Of a stretch of DNA of 64,000 bases, positions 25,515 to 37,047 are shown one piece after another. The DNA is from Saccostrea cucullata (lineage: Eukaryota): contig NW_026936725.1 of the NCBI RefSeq assembly GCF_032062105.1, positions 496,001-560,000 of the forward strand, written 5' to 3'. Numbering within the stretch: position 1 is the stretch's first letter; each line of letters starts with the position of its first letter. The position numbers and the translations under genes are program-made. The notes below the pieces were generated by a model. It was not told the origin of the DNA. It saw nothing but the letters and a program-made list of their open reading frames with translations, and ran no database searches.

Positions 25515-27900
25515 ATGGCAGACGACATCGCTGCTGCCTTATACCATGCTGTGGACAAGAATGACGTAACAAAACTGCGTCATTTAATTCGAGAAGGTGC
25601 GGATCCTGATGAGAATTATAATGACAGTCCTGCTTTGTCTTTTACGATCCTCCACTTGTGTTGTGGAAAAGGACATTTAGAAGCCGCCAAAGTGCTCGTG
25701 GGAGCTGGCGCCAATGTTCGGTCACGTGACGTATGGGCCATGACACCTTTCGTCCATAGCATCATCTCTCAATATAAAGACGTTGTCGAGTACTTGTTGA
25801 CCGTTTGTCCTGAGTTGGTAAACCAAGCAGACAAATTTGATAAGTCGCCTCTTCATTTTGCGATAGAATCGGACAATGTTGAAATTTTTGAATTGCTCAT
25901 TAAAAGGGGAGCAGATATAAACAGGAGCACAATGTATGGCATTACGCCGCTTATGTTTGCTTGTATAACGCCAAAACTTAAAAACAGAGAGGATATGGTT
26001 CGAATCCTTTTAGAAGAAGAAGCCCTCGTGGATTTAAAAGACGTTCTAGATTACAGAACTGCACTTCAGGTAGTAATTACTAGTATAAGAAAATAAACCG
26101 AATTCTATCTCAGGAACTTCTACTCTTTTAGAAACGTATTAATATATTTTGGGAAGATGCTAACTATCCACTTACCCCAACTCCTTATATCACCAAATAT
26201 ATGTTGTCAAACGATTTTAAATATAACTTTGTTTTATTAAATTACAAAATTTATTATATAGCTGATAAATAGTCTCAAATAAAAACTACCAAAAATCTAG
26301 AGAATTTCAGCGTTCAACATCTTGACGTTTTATTGAACGCTGATTTTGTATTACGTATACGAGTATGCCCGAAACATTCCGAATACGAGCGTTTTATATC
26401 GAACGCCCCAATGTAAACAAAAAAAAATCGTCTGGTCAAATTCTTTGGGCTAAATTAGAGAAAGGAAGTGGCATCTAGGTGAGATGTGTTTATTCTTTAT
26501 ATAAAATGAAATTATTTATCAAAAAATTAGTACGTATTAGATCCATTAAAATCTAAATATGCAAATCATACCGTTCGGTAGAGTCATCGGAATGATGCGA
26601 TACTGGACAGGCGTTAATTTGAATACCGATACTAAAAAATCATTGAGTTTTTTTAGCTGGAATAATTATTATAAATTATGAGGAAATATTTTAGCTATAT
26701 AATAAAGGAGTTATTGGAGTTATATTGGTGAATATTGGCACTCGTTGGCTGTACAAATGCACTCGCAAGCTCGTGCATTTGTACAGCCAACTCGTGTCAA
26801 TATTCACCAATATAAGTTCAATAACCCTATAATACTTGTTTTCATTTTTTCTTTTTTATTTTAGTTTGCTGTAACAAAAAGACACACAGATGTTGTGTCG
26901 ATATTGCTGTCAGCTGGTGCGGATTCTAACAGTTTAGATAAGGGAGGAAGTACACCCCTAACAAATCTTATGACTTCCTCGATCCGCGCCACGTGTCTGG
27001 ATCCACCTGTCAGTGATGACGTCATGACAATTATTGTTCTTCTGCAGCAAAAGGGAGCTGACTTAAACACAAATAAATGCGAGTACAGTAACCCACTCAT
27101 GGTCTCAACATTACTGAAATCAGCCACACTCGTAGAATATTTCTTGGGTTGTGGGGCAAATCCAAATGTCAAATGTAAGCAAAATTGTTCTTATTTTAAA
27201 AATGTAATTTTTTCTAATCAGTAATTTCAGGTTATCCGTCGCTGTACTCCTACAAGTAGGATCCTCGGTTTCCTACGCCCCTTATATACCTCAGCGGCAC
27301 CAAGTCAAAAGTATCTCGCCGTGATCATGAACCTCTAGCATGCTCGAGTATCATTCGATGCTAATTTTTTTTTTTTTTTGTATTCTTGTTCTATGTTTGA
27401 TGTTGTCTTTTTTTATATTATTCAAGAAATATTTAACATTTTCATTTTCAGTTGTTTCTGGAATATCACCTCTGTTGGCTGCCGTGGGTAACAGAGATCT
27501 AAACACAACAACCCTCTTGCTGCGACATAATGCAGACGTGAGTGCAAAAGCCATGGTCTGTCGGAGAAGATATGAAGAACGCCTTTTTGATCCGTTTGAG
27601 TTAGCTGTCGATCTGTTACAGTGGGACATTGTGGACATATTGATTCATTATGGATATAGCCTCTCTAAGCACAGATACTTACAAGACACCCTCTACTCGG
27701 ACGAAGCGCCCGAAACCCTTAGAGACCACCCCTCTGTGTTGTCTAAACTGCAAACATCGGCGAGTTCGCCATTCTCTCTCCAGAAAATTGTCGTTTTGAA
27801 AATTAGACATAATTTGAAATATGACATATCTGAAAAGGTGAAAGATCTTCCACTGCCCGCTTCTTTAAAAATGGCATTGTTATTTTTGGAAAATTTGTAA
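25515..27900 (+). CDS. Ankyrin repeat and SOCS box protein (ASB-like), paralogue B, ~437 aa
   Basis: Exons 25515-26069, 26865-27174, 27452-27900 (1314 nt), with the same intron positions as A. SOCS box PFSLQKIVVLKIR...LPLPASLKMAL. Probable 5'UTR exon ends at donor 25008, acceptor at 25500. Confidence 0.9.
26711..26823. repeat. Hairpin palindrome in ASB-B intron 1
   Basis: TTATTGGAGTTATATTGGTGAATATTGGCACTCGTTGGCTGTACAAATGCAC ... GTGCATTTGTACAGCCAACTCGTGTCAATATTCACCAATATAAGTTCAATA. Confidence 0.8.
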
Positions 27901-28149
27901 TAAATGTCAATGACAATTTTCATCTCGATGTTTACATAAGTAAAATGCTTTAATTTATTTCTGGATAATCTCAAAGGAAAGTCTAATAATACATGCACAC
28001 TAGCAAAACATTAAAGCCTTAGCACCGAACATTGAAAAGTTATGACCAATGTAAAATTACTTTCAATTTGAAGGTTAAAAAAATCAATTTGAAGCATGCT
28101 TAGATAGTTTGAATTGACATGTACATTTTTAGCTGCATAAAACATTGAT

Positions 28150-28713
28150 CAAAACAAGACAATGACCCAGTATTGTAGCTTATGGCGAGGGTTAAAATTT
28201 CTCAAATGCAAGTCGAACTCCGAAGGTCAAGGTCAAAAGGACAAAGTTGTTGATACCTTAAGGAAGACCTTGTCACGTGGAATGCATCTGTGAAATATGA
28301 AAGTCTTTGTTCTACAGTTGTAACTGTTCAAGAGTTATGGCCAAGGTTAAAGTGGGTCAAAAGGTCAAAGATATGTATACCGTCTGTAAGACCTTGTCAA
28401 AATGAATACAAATGTGAAGTAATAAAGTCCTAGCACATTCTAGTCAAATGATATGGTTAAGGTTAAAGTGTGGTATGTTTTAGTAAAAGTTGAACAATCT
28501 CCAAGGTGGTACCAAAAGAAAGGTCTTGTCATGAGGAATGTACCTGTGAAATAATGAAAGCCATATATAGCCCCACCCACTCAAAAAGTTATGAGCAAAG
28601 GTTAAAGTTTTTGAGAACAAAGGTAAAGTTCTTGCAAACAAACAGGCAAACGAACGGACAGGGTAAAAACTATATAGACCCTACCCCCGAATCTTCGATT
28701 ACGGGGGCATGAT
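28150..28713 (+). mobile_element. HINE copy (same family as 7577-8526)
   Basis: AAGGTCAAGGTCAAAAGG core repeats, CAAA/GGACA microsatellite, terminal palindrome CCCCCGAATCTTCGATTACGGGGG. Confidence 0.72.
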
Positions 28714-29381
28714 AAATTAAATGTTAAAAAATGCAATATCATATTAAATGTTGTATTTTTTGTTGATGATATTTTGATGTTAAAAAAAATGGAATTTGGA
28801 ATTTTATCTAATAAATAATGCATCTTTATATAAAATGCTTTCTGTTTCGTAGAAATATTCCACTTCTAATGGGGAAAATGTATACTCAAAAGAAAACACT
28901 ATCCTTAAACAAAACCCTATACCCAAAGGCTGTGAACTATAGTCATAATTTTGGAAGTGGCACCCTTACTCTTCATTACCATATCCCTCACATAAGTATG
29001 CCAGATACCCAGGAACTATAAATAAGATTTGAAGAAATAATGTATTAGAACTGCGCACTTCGTTTTATAACAAAAATACTGTTCATACTGTTTTCATTAC
29101 CTCTCGCGCCAAGACTGCATACGTAACAAGACACACGTGTTTCTATCTTTCTCTGTTGGATTGTAACAATGTGTTTCAGGTACATATATTTTCCATTATT
29201 TACTTATTAAAACCTTGATGTTGTAATATTATGTATAAAATCAGCTTGATTAATTTGAACCCGGCAGTCAAGTAGAACTGGCTGCATTTCTATTCAACTT
29301 TTTCAATAGGCAACATAATTAAACATATGCATCTTTGCTTATTGACATCTATGTTTTATTGTTATTGCAAAAGTGTTGATT

Positions 29382-30692
29382 CAAGGGCTGTTCAATAAAT
29401 AATGTCCTGAACTGTATGACATAAATACAGATATCATATGACATTAAGCTTGATTTTTTGGCATTATTTAATAAATTCATTGTGAGAAGCTGGGAAACAA
29501 GGGGTATTCGAGACACTGCATCAAAAATGAATGGTAAAGAATCAGTAAACAAACTAGAGTGAAATTAAACTCTTCATTAAAGCTACTGTAAAACTCTAAA
29601 GAATCCCAAAGAAATATTCGCTGAAATATGTAAAATTTACGGCAACCAATGTATGTTTTACAGACAAATGAACAGGTGGATTTCAATGATAAAAAATTAT
29701 ATAATGGGCATCAAAAAATGGGTACCGTCCTTGCTAACAAAAAATTATAACAACTAATGTACTGTTTGACAAATTTCAAAAAAAAATAATCACTGATGAT
29801 GTATGATTGACTTTAAGACACATAACAAATTTTATAGACATCATTTCGGGAGTAGTTCACACTGTTCTAAAGAAACGTTTGACAGTAAAAAAAAGCTTAG
29901 TACTCCAAGATCACCCTATATTTTAAAAAATGAGTGAAAACGACAGCATGTAAGAATATCTAAACAATTACTTTAAAATATCAGTAAATGTAGTTATCCA
30001 CTTTTTTTTTTTTTTTTTTTTTTAAATTCAAACAGATAATGAAACTTGAATCTATTGCTTAAAACTGTCGAAACAAAATTTACAATAAGATGTACTTGAC
30101 AAAAACAGCAAAGGTCTGAGAATAACAAAGAATTGCAAGATCACAAAGACAGATTTATTTGCAATTTTCTTAAATATCAGTGGTCTTGTTGTTCAAATTC
30201 GTATTCGGGGAGGCAGTTTAGTTTCTGGAAGAGTCTAGAAAGCAAAATCTTTTGCAAAAAAATGGAAAGGTTAATGAGAGGAAGGAACCAGAATCAGGAA
30301 TCTACTACATTAAATTTCTTTATGACAGCGTCCAAACCCGCACGCCCTGCATGAAGAGTAAAGGAGTTTTTGGGATAAGCAGAAAGTTATATTTTTTCAC
30401 ATTAACAATATTCGTCAGATCTTTTGCCTTTTTGACTTGTTTCATTTTCTAAAGTTGATAAAACACCTTTCAGAAGGAAGAAACGAGTCCAGGAAGATCT
30501 ACCATTTTCTAGCATACTAAGGGTCATATCCATAAATGAGTTCTTAAAACAATCAGAAATTGGATAAAAAAGTTAATGGACATGTGTTTTAATTAAAAGA
30601 AATATTAAGTTAAATCATTAATACTAAATCATTGAAAAGCGTCTTTTGCTTCTTTCCGAGCACCGAGGACATTATTTATTGAACAGCCCTCG
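29382..30692 (+). mobile_element. Full-length (~1.31 kb) decayed mariner transposon
   Basis: TIRs C(A/G)AGGGCTGTTCAATAAATAATGTCCT, with TA after the right TIR. Degenerate transposase remnants: HTH region (~29790-29960), TDNET*IY (TGDETWIY-like, ~30030), FLYDS (LHDNA-like, ~30320) and an SPDLAPxDF-like segment (~30415). Confidence 0.85.
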
Positions 30693-30819
30693 TATTTTGA
30701 AAATGTACAAAAATATATGGATAAAAAATGAAGGATATTTTATTCAAATCAAAATTATTTATTATATTAATTATTTGAATTATTTTAAAAAAAATATTTA
30801 CATACAATAGGTGGAAGTA

Positions 30820-32651
30820 ATGGACTTAAGCGCTGCATTATATCACGCCGTGGACAATAATGACGTCATCAAGCTCAGACACTTATTACAAAACGGTGCT
30901 AATCCTAATGAAAGATACACTGGAGTTCCGTACGTTTCCTTCACCATTCTTCATTTGAGTTGCGAAAAAGGAAACTTGCATACCACTCAAGCACTCGTGG
31001 AAGCTGGAGCGGATGTGATATCGTGTGACACGTGGGGGATGTCACCTTTGATCCAAAGCATCATTTGTCAACAGAAAGATATCGTGGAATATTTAATATC
31101 AGAATGTCCCTCGTCTGTGAATTTTCCCGATAAATTCGGCAAGACACCACTTCATTTTGCCATTGATTCTGATAATGTGTCTATTGTGATTTCATTGATA
31201 AGATACAATGCCGATATTAATAAAAGAACAGTGCAGGGTGTGACTCCACTAATTTATGATTGTCAGATACCAAAGCTTACAAAAAGAGGGACTATAGCTA
31301 AAATTCTTCTTAAACAAGGTGCTGTCGTAGATGCCAAAGATGTATTAGATTACAGAACTGCACTTCAGGTATTAACTCCTACTTCATTTTAAGGTATATC
31401 AAAATCTGTGCCAGACAGTTAACAGATTTTGAATCAGTGAATCGGGTAATAACTACTAATAAGCAAAAGTAGGGTGATTAAAGCATATCTTTTGTAAAAC
31501 AAGCACTTGATTTTCCCTTTTCAGATTTCACTGACAAAGCACCATCTGGACGTTGTACCTCTGTTGTTAAGGGCTGGAGCAGACGTCAATACAGAAGATA
31601 AAGGGGGTCATACACCCTTAACTAATTTAATTTCGTCATCAGTTCGTCCCTCTTGTGACGTGGTTGGTGATGACGTTATAGAAGTCATGACACTTTTAAT
31701 CCAAATGGGTGCTAACCTGAATTCGAATAAGAGCGAGAACAGTAACCCTCTCATGGTTTCAACTTTGCTGAAATCTGCTAGATTTGTGGAGTATTTTCTT
31801 GCTTGTGGGGCAGATCCCAACATTGAGTGTAAATTCTACAGAGTATTTAAATTCTTTTAAATATGTTTATACAAATTCTGCATTCCTCTGTCATACAAAC
31901 TTTGGACCAGAGCAAATGCGGATCTCTGAAACATCAGAGGTGGGATTATAGTGCCATGGAGGAGTGAGCTTCTCCTTCCTACCGGTCACACCCACCGTGT
32001 GCTTTTTGTCATGTATATGTACATCAATATCACAAATAATGTGGAGTTTTCAAATTTTATTTCATTTAGTAAGATCCGACTTTATTTTTTAACGAGATTT
32101 ACCGGGTAAATGATTTTTATCTAAATCGCTGAAAGATCCAAAATTGTTTGGGATTATTATATATAGGAAAGATTACTCTATTCTAAAAAAAAACTTTTTT
32201 GTCTTTTACAGTCATGTCTGGTATTACCCCATTGCTTGCTGCAACTGGAAACAGAGATCAGAAGATCGTACGACTTCTGTTGAGACACAACGCTAAAGTT
32301 GACCCTCCGGCCTTGGTATCCTTCGGGAGACGAGAGAGGCGCCTATATGACCCTTTTGAGTTAGCTATTGATCTCTTACAATGGGATATTGTGGATTTAC
32401 TGGTTCGATATGGATATAATCTCTCTCAGCACAATTATATGCTAAGTATGACCTCCTCAGACGGAGTGCCCTTGGCCCTCCTCAATAATCCCGATTCCCT
32501 AGACCGTTTACAGAGAATAGCGCGTTCTGTGCCGCCACTAGAGAAAATTGTCATCTTAAATGTAAGAAGGTTCCTTGGCTTTAATCTACTGCAAAAAGTT
32601 CAAAAACTAGTCTTACCTTCTGATGTGAAAAATAAACTTGTGAACCTTTAA
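30820..32651 (+). CDS. Ankyrin repeat and SOCS box protein (ASB-like), paralogue C, ~430 aa
   Basis: Exons 30820-31368, 31525-31828, 32212-32651 (1293 nt), with the same intron positions. Closest to B (shared DVLDYRTALQ, NPLMVSTLLKSA, DPFELAxDLLQWDIVD). SOCS box PPLEKIVILNVR...LVLPSDVKNKL. Confidence 0.9.
31905..32012 (-). mobile_element. Penelope-like (Naiad-type) 3'-end fragment in ASB-C intron 2
   Basis: Reverse complement matches 48470-48570 (CACACGG..GTGTGACCGGT...GCTCACTCCTCCATGGCAC...ATCCCACC.CTGATGTTT). Confidence 0.75.
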
Positions 32652-33169
32652 AGCTTTTCGTGTCTTTTCTTTGCTGTCCTTCTAGAAATGAAAATCATCT
32701 GTTATTATTATGAATTATGTATGGACCTGTTTTGTTGATAATATACAAGCAAGTTGACTCTTTTCAAAGGGTGGGGGCTAAAAAGGTTTATACATGTAAT
32801 AAAACAAAATAAACTAGCAGTGACGATTTGCTCTTATTTCCCAAGAACAGAAAAGATTTTCATAATTTATGGATGAGTATATAACAAATAAATTCCAATT
32901 CTAAAACTTAGCACAAAACATTCTGGGTAAAGAGAGTATCTTTCAAACATCTATTGTTCAAAGAGAACAATGACATAATTGGTCACATTAATATACAATT
33001 ACCCCCTTATAGTAGAAATTAAAGTTTTTAGAGCAATTTGTGTTAGTGAAATCTCTCACTCTGCTATACATGTTACTCAAGTGCAATCCCCAGCTTCCCT
33101 GAAATCTTTTATTATAGGAGAACTTGTGTATCAGCCTTCCCCAGATCTACTGACTTCTTTTCCTCTTGT

Positions 33170-33990
33170 TTTTCTGTAAATCCAACCTCTGGCTTTTTTC
33201 TTTCCCTCTTTGAAAACTCGTGTATCTGCTATTGCTAATCCAAGGACTGCTCCTTTCATTTGTTATTCCATTCCAACTCTGCTTTCTTCTTTTTCCTGTT
33301 GGAAAACATGTTTATCTGTAAATCCAAACTCTGTTTATTTCTTTTCCACAATGAGAACTCATGTTCCTGCTAATCCGAACTCTGTTCTTATTTATGTATC
33401 TGCTATCTCCAGCTCTGCTACTTTCTTTTTCTTTAAGAACTTGTTTATATGCTAATCCAAGCTCTGTTACCTTCTTTTCCTGTAGAATAACTTGTTCAAC
33501 CTATCATCCAAGCTCTGTTTACTTTATTCCACTTGAGAACTCGTGTGTCTGCTAAACCAACCTCTATGGTTTTCTTTTCCTCTAGAAGAACTTGTGTACC
33601 TGCTACTCCAAGCTCTGCTGATTTCTTATCTTGAAGGAGAATGTGTTTACCTGTTAATCCAAACTCTCTTTATTTCTTTTCCACTTTGAGAACTCATGTA
33701 TCTGCTTATCCAAGCTATATGTTGATTTCTTTGAGTTTCCCTCATTATGAAATTGTTAATCTGTCAATTTAATCCCCGTTGCCTTATTTTCCACTTCGAG
33801 AACTCATGTTTCTTCTAATCCAAGCTCTGTTGCTTTCTATCCCTCTTTGAGAACTTGCATATTTGCTATTCAAAGGTCCGTTGCATTTTTCTCCTGTAGT
33901 GGAACTTGTTATTGTAAATCCAAGCTCTGTTGACTTCTTTTCCACTTTTTTAAAAGAACTCGTGAATCTGCTAATGCAAGCTCTGCTGAT
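33170..33990. repeat. Degenerate ~50-51-bp minisatellite (~15 copies)
   Basis: Recurring GCTAATCCAAGCTCTGTT...CTTTTCCACTTGAGAACTCGTGTATCT. CCAA cores at 33457, 33508, 33557, 33608, 33659, 33710. Confidence 0.85.
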
Positions 33991-35224
33991 TTTCTAGGGG
34001 AGACTTTCTGTTAATAAAGGTTTTGTTGGTCCTCTATTGGGAGATCTTTCTACAATATTTACTAAAATTTTTTCTTTGTTCGGTTGATGGTGATTGGACA
34101 CTGGACAGCCTAAAATAATCGTATAAATGAAAAGTTTTACTGAATGCGATAATTAAAATGTCGAACTTATCAGTTAATTTTAAATCGCATGACTGTGTGA
34201 TTTTAAAATGAATTTCAAGAAGTAAAAATGTTCCTGATGATGTAGCATTTATGCATATAACTGCATATCAAGAATGAACGCTTTTCCTCCCTTATTACTT
34301 TCCCAGAATAGTTTCGTCTTTTTACTGCGGTGTTTGTTGGCTTCTTTGCTTCATGTCTCTTTTCACTAAAATATTATGTAGGGTATTTGTACTGCCCTGA
34401 ACAATCAAAATTTAGTTACATACGCGTATTTAATGGAGCACATCATGAAATAACGTTGAAAACATTTTTGCAATGGTGTTTTGTTTATAATATTTTCAGA
34501 TCTGTGAATAATAATTCAATCTGCATTTGCAACATATCTGTCGGGCAAATATTATTTTTCTTTTTCATGAACGTATAAACTTTGTTATATCTTATTATAC
34601 TACAAGTATTTCGATACTGAAAACCATTTGAATTTCAAATTATTAATTTTTTTCCTTATATTAAATCATAAATTTTGTGAGTAAACTATTATGCATTTTA
34701 TTTTCCATAAGTCTCTCTTCGAAGGCGCAACCCACTATAACTAAATTTCAAGATCTTAACTCTTGCATCTTTACTTTTAACAGCTGCATTCAAATTTGAG
34801 TCCAGAAAACATTTGTTCGTTGAAAGACATGCAGGTACAATTTTGTACATGTATACATGTATCTGTAAAGTTCAAAACAAGATGTAGTGATTTGATGGAA
34901 AAAATTCTGAAAACAATGTAACTGTAACGTATTTACAAAGTACAAATGATTAATAAATTGGGTTCGCTTAGGTTTCCTTCCTAAGAATCACACTTATACT
35001 GTAAAATCTTAATCAAACTTCAATAATATCAATGACACTAAAAGAACAATTGACTGAAATTCACTATATACAGTATACTTTTTCCTTGGTCATATCTGGA
35101 TAATGATTGTCAAATAAATAAAAACGAATTATAACAAAAGAATCACCAATAACCTATCAAACCAATTATCAAACCTATTACCTTATCCCTGTAGCTGCAG
35201 AATGAGAGGTTTACCTAAAAATTC

Positions 35225-35714
35225 TGTTGTTTCCCGATACAGTCTGCAACTATCTAAAACACACCCTAAAAATCACAAAGTCACAGATACATCTGAAGAC
35301 ACACAACAAACACAAGCTAAAGTCACCAAGACACCATAGCTATCAACAGGACACTGTAGTACTTTTGGTTAGACACAAGCTAGAGTCACCGAGACACCAT
35401 AGCTAGTCACAAAATCACTAGGGAACTAGGTCCCTGGGCTGAGTGGTCTAACTTTCCCGACACAGCCCAGGTACCCTTCCCAAGTCACCTAACTCCGACA
35501 AAGAGTTACACCAAAAGTAAACGAAGCTAAATTGATTCCTTTTTTTATACTATTTTGCATATGTTCAATTAGTACTGATTGGTTAATAATTTTAATCATT
35601 TGGTTGGCTAAAATGTCAACTCTGATTGGCTACACAAAAAATCATATAATGATTTGATTTTGTCAAATCCACTTTATTTCAATCCACTTTAATAATTTTG
35701 ATTCATTACATAAT

Positions 35715-35715
<1 letters not shown>
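35225..35715 (+). repeat. Dispersed repeat, copy 2 (homologous to 15585-16030), followed by (CT)n at 35720-35763
   Basis: Same blocks as copy 1 in the same order and orientation. Confidence 0.75.
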
Positions 35716-35770
<55 letters not shown>

Positions 35771-36639
35771 AACATTATCCGATAAAGAAAAACACATTTG
35801 ATGTCTACATGTACATATGTTGCATAGATATTGATGCCTTTAGCTTTTCATGTTAATTAAATACATGCACGGCAAATCCAAAATTTACCAAAAGAACTGT
35901 AAATCAGTTTTAATTGCTATTAATCAGCTAATAATTACTATTTGTGTATAAACGCTATAAACTTACAACATCTGTGACAAAATCCTCTCCGAAATCTAAA
36001 ACGTCACTTATATCGACGTCCAAGTTTGGTTTCCACAAAGAAGAAACAGATATTTGAAATGTACATGATACATGTTATAGATAGTAATGAAATATATCCT
36101 CAAAAAAGAATGGTGACAAGTCTTCTTGTTAAACTTCATTGCAAAAGTTCAAAGTTTTCTTGAGATATCGCTCGGAAACGAAAGTGTGACAGACAGAAAG
36201 ACAGACGGATTGACGGGTGGACAGACAAACCGAAATTAATAACACCCCCCCCCCTTTTTTTCACAATAAAGTCTCGTCCTAGCACCATAACTCCTGGCCC
36301 AGGGGCCATGAATTTTACATTTTTTGTACAGGGTTCAAGGATGAATGCAATCACAATCATCTATTATTCTAGGAGTAAAAAAGAGAAATTTTGGAGATTG
36401 CATTCAGTATCTCATTATATTGGTTTTAGCTACTCCAGAGTGGAATATGGAAAAAGCCTTACATGGACATCTAAAACTAGTCAGCAAAATTGATCTAGGA
36501 GTAAAGGAAAGAAAATACATGTATATGCAAGAGTTACATTTAGAAGAAAATATATTTTAATCATTGGTGTATTTCAATCATATACATGTACCTGTAATTT
36601 TAAAACTCAGTGACATGACAATACATACTTTGTTTGAAA

Positions 36640-36980
36640 CATTTTATTCACTATTTATTTATTTTATTTTATTCATTCAAATCCTCACATGAAGCATAAG
36701 AGTACAAACATATAATAACAAATTTTTAAACATCTAAAACTGGTACACAAAATAGGAACAAACATATGTACAAGAGTTATACAGGTGTTGCAAGATATAT
36801 ATTATAACAAAGGTTGATTATTTCATTGCTAAAAATTGACATGACAATTTTACAGTTTTTACTTAGTTAGTTAAATAATAATTTATTTATTATGACTATT
36901 CATGAGATCAGAGAAATTTTTTAGCATCTTTTTTTTAATTTTGGGGTAAAAATGTATTATACCTTTCTTGTAGGCCTAAT
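36640..36980 (-). mobile_element. Possible LINE (CR1/L2-like) 3'-end remnant directly upstream of SDHD
   Basis: The minus strand ends in AATGAATAAAATAAAATAAATAAAT, preceded by a weak KF..LMNS-like C-terminal remnant. Weak evidence. Confidence 0.35.
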
Positions 36981-37047
36981 CAGAACTTACTCATAGTTGT
37001 GGACGAGTTGCGTCCCATATGTGTGAACTCTTCAGTTCAAAATCAAG

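Noticed and set aside
33170-33990. CRISPR-like array
   Set aside because: Eukaryotic context, degenerate units without unique spacers, and no cas genes.
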